NCBI RefSeq assembly: GCF_009914755.1
Contig: NC_060927.1
Reading direction: 5' to 3' (one strand)
DNA length: 64,000 nucleotides
Origin: the human T2T-CHM13v2.0 reference genome, Homo sapiens
Position 1 is the stretch's first letter; every line of letters begins with the position of its first letter. The notes under the pieces were generated by a model that saw nothing but the letters and a program-made list of their open reading frames with translations, did no database searches and had not been told where the DNA came from. The translations under genes were made by a program, and so were the position numbers. Below, one piece after another: positions 42,915-56,862 of the stretch.

Positions 42915-44220
42915 TTAATTTTTCACCTGTTACGCCTCTCTTCCAGTTTCCAAATTCAATTATTCATATTACTGCTTCTACATTCAGTTTTATAAGATTT
43001 ACATTTTATTAAACAACCATCATAACCAAAATTGTTCACTTTAGTTCTGTATTTAAATGCAATCAGTAGTAACTTTGAATCATTTTATATAATGACTGTG
43101 CAATCCTTAAATTCTCATATTGATATCACAGTTTTCTAGATTTTGTCAACCAGTAGCTTTTGAGAGAAATCATATGAGTGCTATATTCTAATATCTGTGC
43201 ATATTTTTAAATACCTTTTAAAAAATATACATGATGATAACTTTACTGGGTGTAAAACACATGCCATTTTTTCCCCTTCAAAACTAATTGCAGCATAGTT
43301 TTGTTTTGTAATTTCTTTGCTTGCTGTATTAGTCCATTCTTGCATTGCTATGAAGAAATACTTGACACTGGGTAATTTATGAAGAAAAGAGGTTTAATTG
43401 GCACATAGTTCTGCAGGCTGTACGGGAAGCATGACAGTATCTGCTTCTGGGGAGGCCTCAGGGAGCTTTTACTCATGGTAGAAGGCAAAGCAGAAGCAGG
43501 CGTCTTACATGGCCAGAACAGGACCAAGAAAGACAGAAAGCTACACACTTTTAAACAACCATATCTCAAGAGAACTCACTCACTATACAGTACTAAGGGG
43601 GATGGTACTAAACAATTCATGAGAAACCACCCTCATAATCCAATCACCTCCCACCAAGCCCCACCTCCAACAATGGAGATTAAATTTCAACATGAGATTT
43701 GGGTGAGGACACAAATCCAAACCATATCACTTGCTTTGATGTTTGTTTTCTTCCGATGATAGTGTTGCTAAAGTGAGTAATCCTGAATTACTATCTGATC
43801 GCTAACAAGCTAGATGCCTTAATAATTTTTTCTCTGTTCTTGAAATTAAATAGTTATTGCTTGTTCTGCAACAAAATTTTTCTAAAGTTTGGTAGTCAAT
43901 TTTCATATGTAGATTTATGAAAGTCTTCATTAATTTTTTTTTAGAAATGGCTTTTTAAAATTTGAATATTTTTGTTTGGTGTTATTTTTTTGAAAGCCTG
44001 TGCACTTTATAGGTGACTCATTTTCAGGAGTATCTATTCAAACGCTCATTGCAAATTTCTCCACATTTGACATATATACTTCAACATCTGCTCTCTGAAC
44101 TTGTGGCATTTTTCCAGTTTTACTGTAGACAGCCTCAGATTCTGAAATTTTTTGTCCTTTTCTTCTTTTTATTGGGTTTTCTGGAAAATAGGCCCTTTTT
44201 TCCACAGGCAGTCTAGGACT
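42915..44220 (-). mobile_element. very old L1M/HAL1-like fragment split by the MSTA
   Basis: T-rich degenerate L1-like sequence ('atgataactttactgggtgtaaaa') on both sides of the MSTA. Confidence 0.4.
43325..43729 (-). mobile_element. MSTA MaLR solo LTR
   Basis: 'tgtattagtccattcttgcattgctat...ccaaaccatatca'; perfect 5-bp TSD cttgc at 43320-43324 and 43730-43734. Confidence 0.93.
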
Positions 44221-44284
44221 ATTTTCCTGAAAATTAGATATAATGAAGGATAACCTAATAAGAGTTGTTACACTCTTGGGGTTA

Positions 44285-44500
44285 GTGTAATGTAATAGAA
44301 AAAGCACCAGAATGTGAGTCAGACAAGCTGAATTTTAACTAGGATTCTGTCACATACCAGCTCTGTGGCCTTGGTTAAATCACCAAATACTCTGAGCCTC
44401 AGTTTCTTTACAAAGTTTTTGTGAGAATTAAATAAAGAACCTGCATGAAATCATGAGTAAGTTACATGAGAAGTATAAATCAGAATGCTAGCGATTATTT
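44285..44500 (+). mobile_element. MIR SINE
   Basis: 'gagtcagaca...ctgtggccttgg...ctctgagcctcagtttc...tgtgagaattaaat'. Confidence 0.8.
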
Positions 44501-45489
44501 ATTTAAAATGAACTATGGGGCTAAAGAAAGTAAGGTTACTACATTAAGGAACTAGGAACCAGTCCTTCCATCATGCTCAGCTCTGGTTAGGCCTGTGCTC
44601 AAGTTCTCTGCCCCATTTGTCAATTCCTGTTAATACATGATTCATTGAAACCTTGGTTGATATAAAATATTCTAGTGACTTGGGGATGGTGGGAGATAAG
44701 AAGAGAAGGGATTTCAAAATATATGTTAAATAGGAGTTTTGCTTTCAAGTATTTACCTTTGAAAATTTGAAAATAATTGAAAATAATTCAGAGGAGATTT
44801 ATATATATATTATTAGGGGTTAGGAAGTAGTTCTTACACCAAACAGTAAAGAAAAACTGATGGTATTTTTCTTTGAGGAGAAAAGTCTGAAAGAAGATTT
44901 AATATTCCATTACTTGTGATACAATGGAGATTAATAACCAACCAAGATTCTTTGTCTCCAATAATTATAGGGCAAATGAAAACTGGCTTTAGTTGCATCA
45001 GTAGTAATCTCCAGAGAGTGAAAACAGGGTCGGACATCTTTGTAAGGAAGAGTCACCCACTTGTGATCTCAGGGATTGATGCCATAATTTCCATATACAA
45101 ATTTTATGGTTTGACAAAAAATATTTTGTCACCCATGAGGAGGCAGTCACCCAAGAAAGAGATAGTATAACAATTAAAAATTTGAGAGAATGAGTTACTG
45201 GAGAAGGCTACGGGATACTGGATTCTTGAAGGGGGAAGAAGTTTATATCAGGTAGAGGGGAAAGATTCAACATATGGAGTCCAGGGGCCCATCTACCCCT
45301 CCATTTTATTGAGATCCAACCCTCAGTAGGAGCTACTAGCCACTGACTGGCTATTGACTGAGATGATATAATCACCTTTCGGCACACTTTAAAAGCTGAA
45401 CAAATAATTTACAGGTATCTTACATTATTTCCCAAACTTCCTGACAACCATTTAGTATGGTGGCTACATCAAAATGGTTTGAGCAAGCA

Positions 45490-45671
45490 CTGCTCCAGAT
45501 AGTCCTAGAATCACAGCTTCAGAATCACCTGGGAGCTTGTCAGAAATGAAAATTCATGGGCACCACCTAGACCTGCTAAATTAGTGTCTCTGCAAATGGA
45601 GTCCCAGCATTCTGTGTTTCCATATGCTCTCCAGATGAGTTTTATGCATGATAAAGTTTGAAAAACCACTG
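45490..45671. mobile_element. MER5A hAT-Charlie
   Basis: 'agaatcacctgggagcttgtcagaaatg...agacctgct...aaagtttgaaaaaccactg'. Confidence 0.8.
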
Positions 45672-46181
45672 ATATTGATTACTCTTTACTTGTGAAGAAT
45701 ATATATGAGCTTCTTGTATTTATTTTTCGACTCAACATATACCCATGTGCAAACAACCAAAAAGCAGAGTAAAATGGGGTTTTGCATTATCCGTCGATTT
45801 TTCTATTTTTGAGCCAATCTCTTAATAGCATTTATTAGAGTCACTTTTGCCATACAATAGATTGCCAAGATCATGATTAAGAAGCTTATTAAAATGAATT
45901 TAAAATGTTTAAATGGAAACGACCTGGAGATGTAATTGCCAAAATTTAATCAAGCATTTAATTTGTAGCTCATACCAGCCAAATGGATTTTCCTTTTTTT
46001 CAGTTCCCTGTTTGTACAAGGAAATTAAAAAGTATGGAATCACAGGCCAAGCAGTGAACCCTTGATACTGCAGTGTGCTCACTTACTCTCATTAGCCGTA
46101 TTATATCATCCTACTCCTTTGGAATTTTAGTTTCCCAAGCCAGTCTAGAGGATAGATAACAATTGACTGTATATATACACA

Positions 46182-46296
46182 ATGGGTGAGTTAATATGCT
46201 TTAGCAATAATTTATACTACTTGACTGTATATATATATATATATATATTATACATAGTGTTATAAATTACTGCTAAAACATATTGACTCACCCCAT
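46182..46296. repeat. imperfect inverted repeat (35/36-bp arms) around a (TA)n spacer
   Basis: Arms 46182-46216 and 46261-46296 are reverse complements with 3 substitutions and 1 indel. Confidence 0.9.
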
Positions 46297-47071
46297 CAGC
46301 ATTAATAAAATAGGCTAAATATTCTGATCTTAATTCTGCTTGTTTAAAATTCCCTTGTTTTAGCATGCCTGTCTAGCTGCCCTTAAATTGCTAAACTGGG
46401 GAGAAGTGTGATTTAGAATTGGAACATATTTCATGTGAATTTGATGATGGCCACCGCTGATAAAATACCTTTGTGTTGCCTCTTCCATTCTGCCAGTGAT
46501 AATAGGTTTTCACTGAGCTCTTTGCACTTGTTTTACAAAGGCTCAAGCCTTGAATACTTTGTGCCTCACAGTATCCATCATTTAGACTCTGAAATCCCCA
46601 GTGTCGATTTGACAGAACAGTCGTTTATCAGCCACGGTTTGCCAAGTCAGCATTAATGCCTATGTGGCCTGAGGAAAAAAATAAATAAGATCAGTGATGT
46701 TCTAATCAAGCTCAGACAAACATGTTTTTATACTTGCATTTGAGTGATGTTTTGCCTAACAGAAGTGCTGGGTTAAGATACATTAACTTGGGTCCCATTC
46801 TATTCTCTCTTGCTCTGGATGTGATGAGCATAGCGAGTTCTAAGCAAAATAGTGCGTGTTTTTCTCCTCTGAGTAGAGTTTTGTTGGCATTTCCTAACGC
46901 TTCTTTATGAAAAAGAAAATCAAGACTTTCCAGTAACAAGTCATTCTATCTAATTTCACTTGGTGCAAACAGTGACTGAAATATTTCTTGATTTTAATTA
47001 GAAGAAAGCAAGAGAAAGACAGACCACAAGAGTTTCATGAAGAGATAGGCATATATTGTAAAATTTCCCTA

Positions 47072-47440
47072 ACATTTTATTATAAAATTCCCAAATACAA
47101 TCAAAGATGAAAAGGAGTTTACAGTGAGCTCACTGCCTTAACTCTACAATGAACCTTTTACTATTCTTGTTTTATTATATGCCCGTCACTCTTTCATTCA
47201 TCCTATTTTTTTCAATAAGGCATCTATTACAGGTATCAGTACACTTCACTTCTAAACATTCAGCATGTATATCATCAACTAGAGTTCAATGTTTCTATTT
47301 TTCCTCTTTTAGGATGGAATTTCAATACAATGAAATACAGGAATCTTAAGTATGCTGTTTAATGAGCTTTACCAAATGTATTTACCTGTGTAACTTAAAA
47401 CCCTATTGGAGAAATAACATTGCTGTCACCCTGGAAATTA
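47072..47440 (-). mobile_element. L1MD/L1MC-like 3' end
   Basis: 'cagtacacttcacttctaaacattcagcatgtatatcatcaactagagttcaat...atacaatgaaat...aatcttaagt'. Confidence 0.7.
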
Positions 47441-47794
47441 ATTCATGTATGTATGTCTGCATTGATGCATACATACTGCTAGACCTCTGATACTTTTCTT
47501 AATTTAATAAAGAGAGTCCACTAGTACATTACAGGGTAGCTGTGGGGGCTGACATGTTCATCTCTCTGCTATCTTTCTCTACTCTCTTAATGAAAATTAC
47601 ATTCTGCTCAGCCTACTTGTTGGCCTATATATCCTGCACTTACTGAATGATTTCTTAAATGTTCTTCATGAAATGTTTCATTAAAATTAGTGTAAGAATG
47701 AAAAAAATGTACAAAGAGAAAGCTAATCAGCTTCTTCTCCTACCAACACCTCCAACATAAGTAAATAGCCTCATGCTGACTGATCTATAACTTT

Positions 47795-48537
47795 ATTTTT
47801 TTTTCTTCAGCTTTTATTTTAAGTTAATGGGTACATGTGCAGCATGTGCAGGTTTGTTACGTAGGTAAATGTGTGCTCTGGTGGTTTGGATCACATATTA
47901 TCCCATCACCCAAGTATTAAGCCCAGCATCCATTAGCTAGTCTTCCTTATGCTCTCCCTCCCCCACACAATCCCCCCCAGACAGGCCCCAGTGTGTATTG
48001 TTCCCCCTTCCATGTGTCCATGTGTTCAATCATTCAGCTCCCACTTGTAAGTGAGAACACACAGTGTTTGGTTTTCTGTTCCCGCGTTAGTTTGCTGAGG
48101 ATAATGGCTTTCAACCCCATCCATGTCCCTGCAAAGGACATGATCTTCTTCCTTTTTATGGTTGCATAGTATTCCATGGTGTATATGTACCACATTTTCT
48201 TTATCCAGTCTATCATTGATGGGCATTTGGGTTGATTCCATGTCTTTGCTGTTGAGAATAGTGCTGCAATGAACACATGCATGCATGTATCTTTATAATA
48301 AAATGATTTATATTTCTTTGGGTATATACCCAGTAATGAAATTGCTGGGCAAATGGTACTTCTGCCTCTAGGTCTTTGAGGAACCACCATACTGTCTTCC
48401 ACAATGGTTGAACTAAAATTTGCACTTCCACCAACAATTTAAAAGCATTCCTTTTTATCTACAACCTCACCAGCATCTGTCATTTTTTGACTTGTTAATA
48501 ACAGCCATTCTGACTGGTGTGAGATAGCATCTCAATG
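47795..48537 (-). mobile_element. 5'-truncated L1PA (about L1PA10-13 age)
   Basis: 3'UTR plus ORF2 C-terminus (ORF 48034-48402, ...AKTWNQPKCPSMIDWIKKMWYIYTMEYY...); TSD gatcYaYaacttt at 47782-47794 and 48538-48550. Confidence 0.92.
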
Positions 48538-48606
48538 GATCCACAACTTTCTTTGTGCTCACCAATCTTACGAAAGGATGGCTTGATGCAGGAAGGCAAT
48601 TAGATG

Positions 48607-48913
48607 TTTGTTTGTTTGTTTGTTTTGAGTCGGAGTCTCGCTCTGATGCCAGGCTGGAGCGCAATGGTGCCATCTTGGCTCACTGTAACCTCCTACTCCC
48701 TGGTTCAAGTGGTTCTCTTGCCTCAGCCTCCTGAGTAGCTGGGATTACAGGCACACGCCACCATGTCCAGGTAATTTTTTGTTTGTTTGTTTGTTTTAGT
48801 AGAGACGGGTTTCACCATGTTGGCCAGGATGGTCTCCGTCTCCTGACCTCATGATCCGCCGGCCTTGGCCTCCCAAAGTGCGGGGATGACAGGCATGAAC
48901 CACCACGCCCGGC
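48607..48913 (-). mobile_element. AluSc-like
   Basis: 'ggccaggatggtctc'; TSD tagatg; tail and linker are both (TTTG)n. Confidence 0.93.
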
Positions 48914-51239
48914 TAGATGCTAGTTTTTAAACAAGCTCTGATTCATTGATAATGATTTTTGGCTGCTTGGGGTGCTGTGTTAGGAAGGATCCTGTCTATA
49001 CTTAGTGGAAGAGTACCAAGATTTCTTACAGTTTTTGCCACAGGCAGGAGTTGAAACTGGAAAGCAAGGGAGTGGGTGGCATTCCTTTCCCATTGTAGGT
49101 TTGGGGAGCGAACTGCTGCACCTGGCAACTGAAAGGGCCAGAAGGGCACAGAGTACCACTCTATAACATTTCTATTCTGGTTCATTTTTGTGTCCTATTA
49201 AAACAGCTAATGTTTCTCTGCAACAGTGCTATTCACAAAAAGGCTGTCCAAGTAGGGTTTGGATACACAAAGTAGGAAAGAGAGAGAGAGAAGGAGATAG
49301 ATTGGCAGAAACTAGCATATTCTATCATTCTAAGAATGCAAACGTGTCACCATTTGCCTTAAAGCTGATATACTCTAGGAATTACTCTTCCTATGCAAAG
49401 TGTACAATTCTAAGTGTTTAAGTATTTGGATCACTGTTACTGTGGGATAATAATGTCCAGTTCAACTTCACTGCTTTTCTCAGAGAGGCAAATAGATACT
49501 GGGTCAGTCAAGATTATTCTTAGTGTGTCGGGGGCAGAATGGTGGGGTGAAAAATCAAGCTTTGCTTTCATTTTTTACTACCCGGCTTCCTTCATAACAC
49601 TTCAGCAGATGTCAAGACCATTTGTTTGGTTCCTCATAGCCTCCATGTGATCTTTCTCTTCACTGCAGTGTTCCCCAGGTGTGAGTTGCTTTGCTCAAGA
49701 TCATTTTCAATGACTCAATTTTCAAAGCAAATGTACACACAAGACAGTAGTATTTTCAAAAACACAGGTTATCACATTTTCCAAGGGGGATAGACAAGAG
49801 AAGGGAGGATGCCGAGAATAGAGTGTGAGTTTATTTCACATAGCAGGTCTCATAAAGATTGCATCCATAAATGTGCTGCCAAATTGAACAATAGCAGTGG
49901 GGAATAAAGGGGAGGAGGGAAGAGAGGACTCAGATGAAGGCAAAGAGAAAAAACAACTTTAGGAAAGTGTGAAGTTTAAGGAGACATGCCTATAACACTG
50001 GCTTTCTACCCAGTCTCATGCTAACTCCTGGCCAGAAATATATAGGGACACAGACACACACACACACAAACACACCACCTCCTTGAAGGAAGAAACATTT
50101 TATTTAATCAGGATTGCTAAGGAATGTTGCTGCTGATAAGGCGACAGAAAATATTTCTGGGAGTGCATTTTCGGAACTTGGGAACAGAGACAGTCTGTCT
50201 GAACCCAGCTCAACTTTTCTTTCTTATCACTTTTTAAAAGCATGTTATCTTTAAGAGCCAAATTAACTTTTCATGATATGGTTTCTCAGCAGCTGACACT
50301 TGGGCATTACAGGGCTGGACAGGAATGACTAAGCAGTTTTGTAAAATGACTATCCCCAGAGCTGCTGGCTTGCTGGTTTTGGTGTCAATCATATATTTAG
50401 GATCTTTTTTCCTGTCTAGATTTATGTAGCTCTTTAAGAATAGAATTGCTTGGTCCAGGAAAGGTGTGACTAGTATAATAAACAAAAGAAGCCACAGAGG
50501 ATATTCTTGTGAGAAACCAATTAATTATTCACACCAATATGTTATAAGTACAGTTCATTTTCTCTTTTGACTATTGCATTACAAAGAATTTTCTCAATGC
50601 ATTCAGGAGATATAATTAATAATACCCTAAACAGTAATTTTAATAGTTATGGTGTTGTACTGGGAGGCCTATCAACTAAAATTCAAAAATAAAATAAACA
50701 CAGTCCCTACTTTTAGGAAGACAAGAGTCACTGTATTTAAATTTTTACTTTTGATGTCTTTATTATTTGTGGACACTCTGAAAAACATAAAATGTCATAT
50801 TATAACAGACTTTAATGTTTTAAAATAAGTGGGATTTTCAAAAACACACAGTTCTGGAAAGGTGTATTTCTTTATGTACCTATCTATATGATAAGAAGTT
50901 TTACCACATGGCTGTATCATTTATGGAATCAATTAAAACCAACTGTGGTGGTAAAAAAATAACCTCTAGTGGACTTATTCAACTGTATATGGAATTTTAT
51001 TTAGGGAATTATGGAATGAATAGTTTTTTTCCCTGAAAGCATTGTTTTGTTAGTTTTCTGATTGTTTGATAGATAGACATAAAAATTTTCCTTATAAGTC
51101 CTTGGATATAATTTTACTTTTCACATATGATTGATCCCTTCTATTTATTTTGCCATCAGAAACCAATTTTTTAACATTGCATATTATCCAGAATTTGAAT
51201 GTCACAAAATTCAAACAGGTAAAATGTAAGGTTTGTTAT

Positions 51240-51241
<2 letters not shown>

Positions 51242-51273
<32 letters not shown>
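51242..51273. repeat. (AC)16 microsatellite
   Basis: Directly visible. Confidence 0.95.
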
Positions 51274-51279
<6 letters not shown>

Positions 51280-51419
51280 ATACACTGAGCTAAAGAGGAT
51301 GGTCTTTGTGTACAGAAAAGGATAACATTTTTTCCCTTTAGTATGTTTATTGATGAACACAAACAGAATTCTGTTTGGTTTATGTTGCATGTTTTATTGT
51401 TTCTTTTTTTAGATTTTAA

Positions 51420-51813
<394 letters not shown>

Positions 51814-52854
51814 CAGTAAACATTTTTTTTATAGAGGGAGTTTTAATACGTTCTGTATTAGTTTCTCTGTTTTTTCATTTGTATATTTGATGTGATACTC
51901 AAGTTGCTATTTAAGCTCTATTCTATCTTTTTTTGTCCCATGGGAGTCCATTCCATCCTCTAAAAAAGGGAAGAACATCAGTTCTTTAGCCATTACTTGG
52001 TGCAAAACAAGTTCCGGTTTCCTCCTTCCCTCAGGTGTGGATAAGAGCAGAAAAGTAGATACACAAAGAGGTATATACTTATTAGAAAGAAATCACTTGC
52101 TTAAACAATAGGCAGGAACTGTGCGACTCGACCTGGAACAAATAGGCATAAATAAGCAGGAAAATGTAATATTTGTTTGAGAGCTTGAAATGCAGTCTTT
52201 TAGGACATATCTAAGACATCCCTGCATCATCACTTTGGTAAGAACTTCAGTACCTTGCCTGCCAGTCATTTATATGCACGTTCCGTCACAGTTAGTCCCA
52301 CCTCTCCCCACACCTTCTGCACCACTGCTGCCACCACCATCACTGTGCCTGGCAGCTGGGTGAATCAGGAAGACTTCTAACGTTAGTTTTCCCATATTTA
52401 CCAACAAGTCTTCCAAAGTGGGCCCAAATTAAAGTTGTGTAACAACATCGCTTTCCCTCTCTGGATCTTCATTACTGGAGATGGAGGCAAGCACTTTACT
52501 ATGGTAAGCACTTTTGACCTTAGACAGGTGGCCTAAAAGGTGGGTACCAACTAGCCTTTAGGACATATTCAGGAGGGCTTCTATACCAAGACTCTCTGGC
52601 CAACGTAGGCTAACAGTTCTTTTCCTTTGAGTTTTCATTTGCTTCATCTTAACCATACCTCTATTACTCTAATCAGTACATTCTAATAAAATTACTTGTA
52701 TGTCTCTCAGTAAAAATATGGTCTTCTTGAGTCCCCCCATTTCAAAATTATTTTATTAGATCTTTTTAGGCTTACTGTGTCTCTGAAGGGCTTGGTGTAT
52801 ATTCATTGTTTGATAGCATATCATGGACAGTTCTGATATTTTAAACAAAAAATA

Positions 52855-53150
52855 GGCCGGGCATGGTGGCTCATGCCTGTAATTCCAACATTTTGGGGAA
52901 GATGAAATAGGAGAATTGCTTGAGGCCAGGAGTTTAAGACCAGCCTGGGTATCATAAGAGACCCCATCTCTGTAAAAAATAAAATTAAAAAGCCAGATGT
53001 GGTTGCATGCCCCACTAGTCCCAGCTACTAGAGGCGCTGAAGCCAGAGGGTTGCTTGAGTGCAGGAGTTCTAAATTACAGTGGGCTGTGATCACACTCTA
53101 TCCTGGACCACACAGAAAAACCCTGTCTGTAAAAAAAATTCAAAAACAAA
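52855..53150 (+). mobile_element. AluJ
   Basis: Diverged dimer with 'ttgcttgaggccaggag'; small deletion in the right arm. Confidence 0.92.
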
Positions 53151-54991
53151 TAATTACAAAGAATAGGAAATTAATTAAATATAAGAACCAATGATTGCTT
53201 ACATTTTCATACGTCTTTCCTTATTTTCCTTTATCTTGGTACATATAAACTCTAAAATAATAGGATATAACTTAACAAATGTTTATTGTTTATTTTTTTC
53301 TTCAATTTCTATGTGTAACAAAACCTTAGGATTGTCAGAAATAAAGTCATTATTTTGTTTAAGGAGGAGGGTCCTGCTAGCCTTAGTAAACATAGCCCTT
53401 ATCTTTCTTCTCTAAGATAAAATGGCAGGTACTGGCTAGATGCTGCACTCTACAAGTATATCATCGGTTTTGTTTTGCTTTCAGACTAGTACTAGGAAAG
53501 AATGAGGTCATGCATTTTGAAAGTGGGTTTTTGTGGGTTTTCTTTATGTGTGGCTTCTTTTTGAGTCAGATAAGTTTTTTTCCTTCCTTTTCAGGTCACA
53601 CTTATACTTTTATGCAAAATATTCTAAGTTGTGTCAACTGAGGACATGGCTACAGATAATAGAAGTGATTTTAAAAGCCACTTAACATAAAAGGATTGTT
53701 CCAAGTTCCCAGAACAGCCAGTTTTCTGTTTAATCCAACCCCTTTAGAATATAGCTTATATCTCTGATGTTCAAAGCCATGTGTTCGTCTTGAAATAATC
53801 AAAACAATAGAATCCTCAAAGAATCCAGTGCATAGGCAACATGTATTATGTTATTTAGTTAGTTTTGACAAGGTTATCTAGGCAGTTAAACATTATTATC
53901 TACAGGATTTCTTTTTCCTTCAACATGAAGACATTAAGTTCAGATTTGTAGAGCAGAGAATATCTGTTTCATATTTGACACAAGCTATCTCAATTTAATC
54001 CCCATTTTCCTTCATTAGACAAGCGAAGCTAATTATTTTGAGAAATGAATGATAAATAACTACTGATAATTAGACACAAAGATTTTCGGGGTATGCTGTG
54101 TTGGTTCATATAGGGAATGTTCATAAAACATTATAACAGCAAAAACATTAATTTGAAGAAAAAATTTGGACCCTTCAAATTTTGCTTTCCTGTTTTCCCA
54201 TTTCCATATGCTGAGAAGATACCAATATTTTCACAATTGTGACTTGCTAGACATAAGTTACGAGGGATAATAAAATAATATCCTACCTATTAGTTGTAGC
54301 AACTAGCTTCAAGGGGATTATTAGACCCATGAACTGAAGTCAAGTAGTATAGAATGATAATTACATTTATTACAGTATGCCCAGATTATAGATATTTTGA
54401 TATGTCTTGCCACAAAGGACACCAGAGTCATATTATGTTTCAGTGGTACTAGAGGAAGCTGCACGAATAATTACTGTTAGTTTCATGGAACATCTAAACT
54501 GATATTATTTTCACCCAGCTCTACTCCAATTGCAAATTGCTTTTCCCAAAGCAAGAGCTAGCTTTCTCATCTTTCTGCTTGATGAAGGTAAGTTATTCAG
54601 CCCTGATTTGCCTTTTCTTCTCTTCTCTTACCTCCTGTTATTCTTAGCCAGTACCACATCCTGAAACAATGACCAATCTTCCAATGCTTTTATGTGCATT
54701 GATTTCCTATCCCCATTTTCTTGAGGGTAGAGAGATTATTTGCCTTTGCAGTGATCCAAAAAATACTTATCGCAAGTTGAAGAGCTTAATGCACTCTTGT
54801 TAATAGTTATTTTGTCAGTTTAGAAGAGGGCAAAGACAGGGGACACTTTCTATCCACAAACTATAATCCTTCTAAAGACTTCATACACTCTCATCATCCA
54901 CATCTTTCTGGAAGAGGGTAGATCCCACATTGTGAATTTAACCTCTGGTTTAGTATATAAATTTGTTTTTCATTTTGATTAATGTAAATAG

Positions 54992-55315
<324 letters not shown>

Positions 55316-56214
55316 CAGGATATTTCTTGCTAAAGACTGATGGAGAGATTTTTTCTTAAAAAGGAAATCAGAGAGGTGGGAATTTGTGAAGAGATTATGA
55401 TTTGGCCTTTGCATAGGACAACTTCACGATGCTGTTATCTACTAAACCTGTACCAAAATTCCTAGGGCTAATCATTTAAAAAAATACACATCTATATCTA
55501 TTTCTATGTACCTATTTCTATATACCTATATAGAAATAGATATAGATATATTGGCTTCTTGCTTCCTTTAGAGCTTGTATATTTCATCAAAGTAATTTTT
55601 TTAAAGATAAACTGCTTTAGAAATTTAAACTTATTTATTATAATGCTTCTTGGATATTATCCTTGCCTTAAATTAAGCAAAATTCATAATTTCATAAAAA
55701 GATCTACATCTTTTTTCTGTCATTAATTATGTGCTCCCCATACCCATAAAGAATTAAATAAAAATTATTTGACTCTTTTTCTTTATTCATTTTTTAAAGT
55801 ACATAAATGTACTTATGAAAATATGTGGTTTTAGGCTTAATTTTGTGACATACATTTTGAATATTTAAAATTGGGCTGACAAAGCAGTAGATATTCTCAG
55901 GAGTTTAATTTTACTTGTATGGCAAGAGTTGATAATTTGTGAGTTTTACAGTATTTTATTAGAGAAAGTTTACCAGGGAAGCAGAGTGGAAAATATATAA
56001 AAATGTATTCTAAACCTGCAAAATAAAGCCCTAGATAGAATTTGTTTACATGTACTGATTAATTAGAAGGCTTGCTTTGTAAGGAAGCACTATGCAAATT
56101 ATTTTTTCTCAGTTATTAGTCTAAGAAAGAGACAAAAATAACTTTTATTACAAAGAAATCTCTGCTTGCATCCATATTTTACATCTTTATAAAAATGTTT
56201 TAAAAGAGAGGTAT

Positions 56215-56333
56215 GGCCAGGAGCAGTGGCTCATGCATGTAATCCCAACACTTTGGGAGGCTGAGGCATAAGGTTCACTTAAGGCCAGGAGTTTGAGACC
56301 AGATTCAGCAACATAGCAAGATCCTATCTCTAC

Positions 56334-56375
<42 letters not shown>
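56215..56375 (+). mobile_element. FLAM_C or Alu left monomer with A41 tail
   Basis: Monomer at 56215-56334, then 41 A (56335-56375). Confidence 0.9.
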
Positions 56376-56377
<2 letters not shown>

Positions 56378-56541
56378 GAAAGAAAGGGAGATGCTATTAC
56401 TGTTTCTTTCATAATCTAGCTACTGGCTAACCAAAAGAAATGAAACATTGCTTAAGGTATTGATTTTCTGGTATATGTGGAAAGTATACATTTTATTAAT
56501 CACATATCTCACAATATATAGAATAATATAAATTATATTTA

Positions 56542-56862
<321 letters not shown>

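Noticed and set aside
46812-46880. C/D-box snoRNA-like pattern (GTGATGA...CTGA with ctct/agag flanks)
   Set aside because: It is short, has no clear C'/D' boxes or recognisable guide, and such motif pairs are expected by chance in 64 kb.
53570-53600. Strong + strand acceptor 'tttttttccttccttttcag|' (a similar one lies at ~46003)
   Set aside because: There is no convincing partner donor or reading frame, and isolated acceptors are common in T-rich DNA.
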